64,000 bases of DNA from assembly GCF_009914755.1 (NCBI RefSeq), contig NC_060948.1; one strand, written 5' to 3'. Both the position numbers and the translations under genes were made by a program. The notes under the pieces are model-generated. The model had not been told where the DNA came from. It made no database searches and saw nothing but the letters and a program-made list of their open reading frames with translations. How positions within the stretch are numbered: the stretch's first letter is position 1; each line of letters starts with the position of its first letter. This DNA comes from the human T2T-CHM13v2.0 reference genome, Homo sapiens. Of this stretch, positions 59,553 through 64,000 are shown piece by piece.

Positions 59553-60478
59553 TATGATAGATAGATAGATAGATAAATGATAGAGATAGATAGATGGGTA
59601 GATAGATATATAGATATACAGATGATAGATGGATAGATTGATAGAGGGGTAGATAGATATATAGATAGATGATAGATGGATAGATAGATTGATAGATGGG
59701 TAGACAGATATATAGGTAGATGATAGATGGATAGATTGATAGAAGGGTAGATATATAGATAGATGGGTAGATAGACAAATGATAGATGAATAGATAAATG
59801 ATATATGATGGACAGATACATAGATGATAGATGGATAAATAGATAAATGATAGATGAATAGATAAAAGATAGATGGATAGATAAATGACAGATGGATAGA
59901 TAGATAAATAATAGATGAATAGATAAAAGATAGACGATGGACAGATACCTAGATGATAGATGGACAAATAGATAAATGATAGATGAATAGATAAATGATA
60001 GAAAGATAAATGACAGATGGATAGATAGATAAATGTAGATGAATAGATAAAAGACACATTGATAGATAAATGATGGATAGATACATAAACAATAGATGGA
60101 TGGATAGATAGATAGATGGGTATTTAGATGGATAGATAGATAAATAGATAAGTAATACATGAATAGATAAATGACAGATGGATAGATAGATAGATAAATG
60201 ATAGATGAATAGATAAAAGATAGATGACGGACAGATAGATGATAGATGGATAAATAGATAAATGATAGATGAATAAATAAATGATAGCTGGGTAGATAGA
60301 TAAATGACAGATGGATAGACAGATTAATGATAGATGAATAATAAAAGATAGACTGATAAATGATGGAGAGATACATAAGCAATGGGTGGATAGATAGATA
60401 AATGGTAGATGGGTATTTAGATAGATAAATAGATAAGTAACAGATGAATAGATAACTGGTAGATGGACAGATACATGC
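59553..60478. repeat. Degenerate (TAGA)n field
   Basis: Direct reading. Confidence 0.93.
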
Positions 60479-60982
60479 TAGATTTCCAAGCATATTTTCA
60501 CATTTTCACCTTGGTTTCATAGGTCCTGATATAAAACATATGCCTGGAGATCAATGTGCTTCAAATTAGGATTTTTTTTTCTTTTTTCTTTTTTTGCCCC
60601 AGAAGGTTAGGAGAGTCCCCATAGAACGTGGGAGGGGACCTGTTTAGTGTCCAGAGCTTGCTGGAGAGGCTCCAGCATGACTCGTTGCTGGATGCTAAAC
60701 AGGTGGTCCCCCGAGAAAGACCTGGGTCTGGAGGTGAGGGTTGCAGGGTTTATATGCCAGCAACAGAACAGGCGCTTCCTTGGAGAAGTATGTGTGAACC
60801 GGTCGCCCTCCCCACCTAAAGGTGTTCTGGGTTTGAGGAGGTTGTCAGTGGTGACCGTATGACCCCAAAAGTCAAACAGAAGAATGTGCTTTATCCTTCC
60901 TTCTGCTTTAGGGAGGAGAATGTCTGCAGCAGTTCTTGTTAATTCATGAAGCATGTGACTAATTGCATCAAGGATGAAACAA

Positions 60983-61988
60983 GGTAGGTAGGTAGGTAGA
61001 CAGTTAAGTATGCACATGCATATGTACATAGATGGCAGATAGATGGGTAATAGATCAATGCCAGATAGATAAATAGATGCTGGATAGAGAGAGAGATAGA
61101 CGATGAATAGAGAGATAGATGATGGATAGAGAGAGAGGGATACATAGATAGATGATTGATTGATTGATTGATTGATTGATGAGATAGATACATGGATAAA
61201 AGAGCCATACACATTACAGTGTGTATACATGCAGAGATAGACGATAGACATAGGTAGTATGTAGATAGATAGGCAGATAGATGATAGATGATGGATAGAC
61301 AGGAGATAGAGAGATAAATGCTAGATAGAGAGACAAAGAGATAGAGATAGATAACGGATAGATAGATGAGGTACATAGACGTAGATAAATAGATAGCTAA
61401 TAGGTAGATAGATAATAGATGATTGATGGATAATAGATAGATAGGTAGATAAACAGATCATAGGTAGGTAGATAATAGATGATTGATAGATAATAGATAG
61501 ATGATAGATTAAATAGGTAGATGATAGATGATAGGTAGATAATAGGTAGATGATAGATAGCTAGATAGATGATAGATAGATAGGCAGATAGATAGATGGT
61601 AGACAGATAGATGATAGACAGATAGATGATAGATAGATATATAGACAGATATATAGATAGCTAGATAGATGATAGATAGCTAGATAGCTAGATAGATGAT
61701 AGATAGATAGGCAGATAGATAGCTAGATGATAGATGATAGATAGATATATAGACAGATATATAGATAGATAGCTAGATAGATGATAGATAGATAGATAGA
61801 TGATAGATATATAGACAGATATATAGATAGATAGCTAGATAGATGATAGATAGATAGATGATAGACAGAGAATAGATAGATATATAGACAGATATATAGA
61901 TAGATAGCTAGATAGATGATAGGTAGATAGATAGATGATAGATAGATGATAGATAGATATATAGACATATATAGATAGCTAGATAGAT

Positions 61989-62034
<46 letters not shown>

Positions 62035-62046
62035 CAGATAGATAGA
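60983..62046. repeat. Degenerate (GATA)n field ending in a near-perfect run
   Basis: Direct reading; near-pure run at ~61988-62045. Confidence 0.93.
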
Positions 62047-62495
62047 ATATCAATTTGTTCTTGCATTGCTATAAAGCAATACCTGAGCCTGGGTAATTTA
62101 TAAAGAAAAGAGGTTGAATTGGCTCATGGTTCTGCAGGCTGTACAAGAAGCCCAGTGGCTTGGGCTTCTGAGGAGGCCTCAGGAAACTTATAGGCAAAGG
62201 GGAAACAGGTACGTCTTACATTGCTGGAGTAAGAGGAGAGGCGGGGGAGGTGCCACACACTTGTAATCAACCAGATCGCGTGAGAACTCTAGCAGAAGAA
62301 CAGCGCCAAAGGGATGGTCCTAAACCACTCCTGAGGGGCCCACCCCCACGATCCAATCACCTCTCCCCAGGCCTAAACCACTCCTGAGGGGCCCACCCCC
62401 ACGATCCAATCACCTCTCACCAGGCCCCACCTCCAACATTGGGGATTACAATTCAGCATGCGATTTGGGCAGGGACACAGATCCAAACCCTATTA
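62047..62495 (-). mobile_element. MSTA-type MaLR solo LTR with a 53-bp internal tandem duplication
   Basis: GCATTGCTATAAAG..CTGGGTAATTTATAAAGAAAAGAGG..CCCCACCTCCAACATTGGGGATTACAATTC..GGGACACAGATCCAAACC; TAAACCACTCC at 62321 and 62374. Confidence 0.88.
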
Positions 62496-63730
62496 GATAG
62501 ATAGATTAATGATAGATGGATAGATAGATAGATGATTGATGGATACATAGATAAATGATAGATGGATAGATAAATGATAGAGGGATAAATAGATGATAGA
62601 TGGATAGATAGATGATTGATGGATAGATGGATAAATGATAGATGGATAGATAATGATTGATGGATATATAGATAATGATTGATGGATAGATAAATGATGG
62701 ATAGATAAATGATAGATGGATAAATAGATGATAGATGGATAGATAGATGATTGATGGATAGATGGATAAATGATAGATGGATAAATAGATGATAGATGGA
62801 TAGATAGATGATAGATGGATAGATGGATAAATGATAGATGGATAGATAATGATTGATGGATATATAGATAATGATTGATGGATAGATAGATAAATGGTAG
62901 ATGGATAGATAAATGATAGATGGATAAATAGATGATAGACGGATAGATAGATGATTGATGGATAGATGGATAAATGATAGATGGATAGATAATGATTGAT
63001 GGATATATAGATAATGATTGATGGATAGATAGATAAATGGTAGATGGATAGATAAATGATAGATGGATAAATAGATGATAGACGGATAGATAGATGATTG
63101 ATGGATAGATGGATAAATGATAGATGGATAGATAATGAATGATGGATAGATAAATGATAGATGGATAGATAAATGATAGATGGATAAATAGATGATAGAT
63201 GGATAGATAGATAATTGATGGATAGATGGATAAATGATACATGGATAGATAATGATTGACGGATAGATAGATAATGATTGGTGGATAGATAAATGATAGA
63301 TGGATAGATAGATGATTGATGGATAGATAGATAAATGATAGATGGATAGATAGATGGGTAGATAGATATATAAATGATAGGTAGATAAATGATAGATGAA
63401 CATATAAATGATTGATAGATGGATAGATAAATGATAGATGAATAGATAAATGATGGATAGACACATAATAGATGGATAGAAAGATAGATAAATGATAGAT
63501 GGGTATTTAGATGGATAGATAGATAAATAGATAAATAATAGATGGACAGATAACTGATAGTTGGGCAGATAGATAAATGATCGATGGATAGATAAAAGAT
63601 AGATAAATAAATAATAGATAGATCAATAAATAGTAAATGAATAGATGAATGACAGATGGGTAGATAGATGGATAGATAAATGATAGATGGATAGATAGAT
63701 AGATAATAGATGACAGATAGGTGAGAGAGA
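62496..63730. repeat. (GATA/GATG)n field with higher-order blocks
   Basis: Repeating ATAAATGATAGATGGATAGATAATGATTGATGG blocks. Confidence 0.93.
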
Positions 63731-64000
63731 AATGGGTGACGGAAGGGAGAGAAAGAAGGAGAGAGATTTGGGGTCATTAAATAGCAGAGGAAAAGCATGT
63801 ACACAAAACTTTTGCAGCATGTGCAATGGAATATATATATATGTTTATATATATATGTTTATATATATATATAAATACACACACACAGAGAGAGACAGAG
63901 AGAGAGACAGAGTCATCAGAGAGTCATCAGACAGCAGAGAGGAAACCCACCCAGCACTGAGGTCATACAGCAAGCTGGAAAGAGACAATGAGTAATGTTT

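Overview
Primate (human-like) non-coding genomic DNA. I find no credible protein-coding gene, RNA gene or prokaryotic system; the long ORFs in the track are explained by low-complexity repeats, Alus or an L1 remnant. The window is very dense in repeats: about 50 Alu elements or fragments (J/S/Y types, roughly 3:1 on the minus strand), L1 remnants including a 5'-truncated L1PA with TSD, a HERV-H solo LTR (LTR7 family) with a 5-bp TSD, MaLR LTRs and DNA-transposon fossils. It also carries an unusual load of tandem repeats: a ~5.7-kb 65/67-bp polypyrimidine VNTR, an 8-unit Alu-3'-end minisatellite, 29-bp and 46-bp minisatellites, AT-rich arrays, and kb-scale (CCAT)n/(GGAT)n/(GATA)n fields. Several unique islands, best at 37.1-37.7 kb, have homeodomain-rich enhancer-like composition. 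The overall character suggests the Xp/Yp pseudoautosomal/subtelomeric region, possibly the SHOX gene desert; this is inference and was not verified. The most notable signals are: (1) one shared GGGATGACAGG variant across many Alus of different subfamilies, (2) an Alu-Alu junction copied 13 kb away in inverted orientation, (3) repeated conversion of TE pieces into tandem arrays, and (4) an old duplication whose two copies gained GATA arrays at different sites and in opposite orientations. Coordinates and subfamily calls were made by eye.
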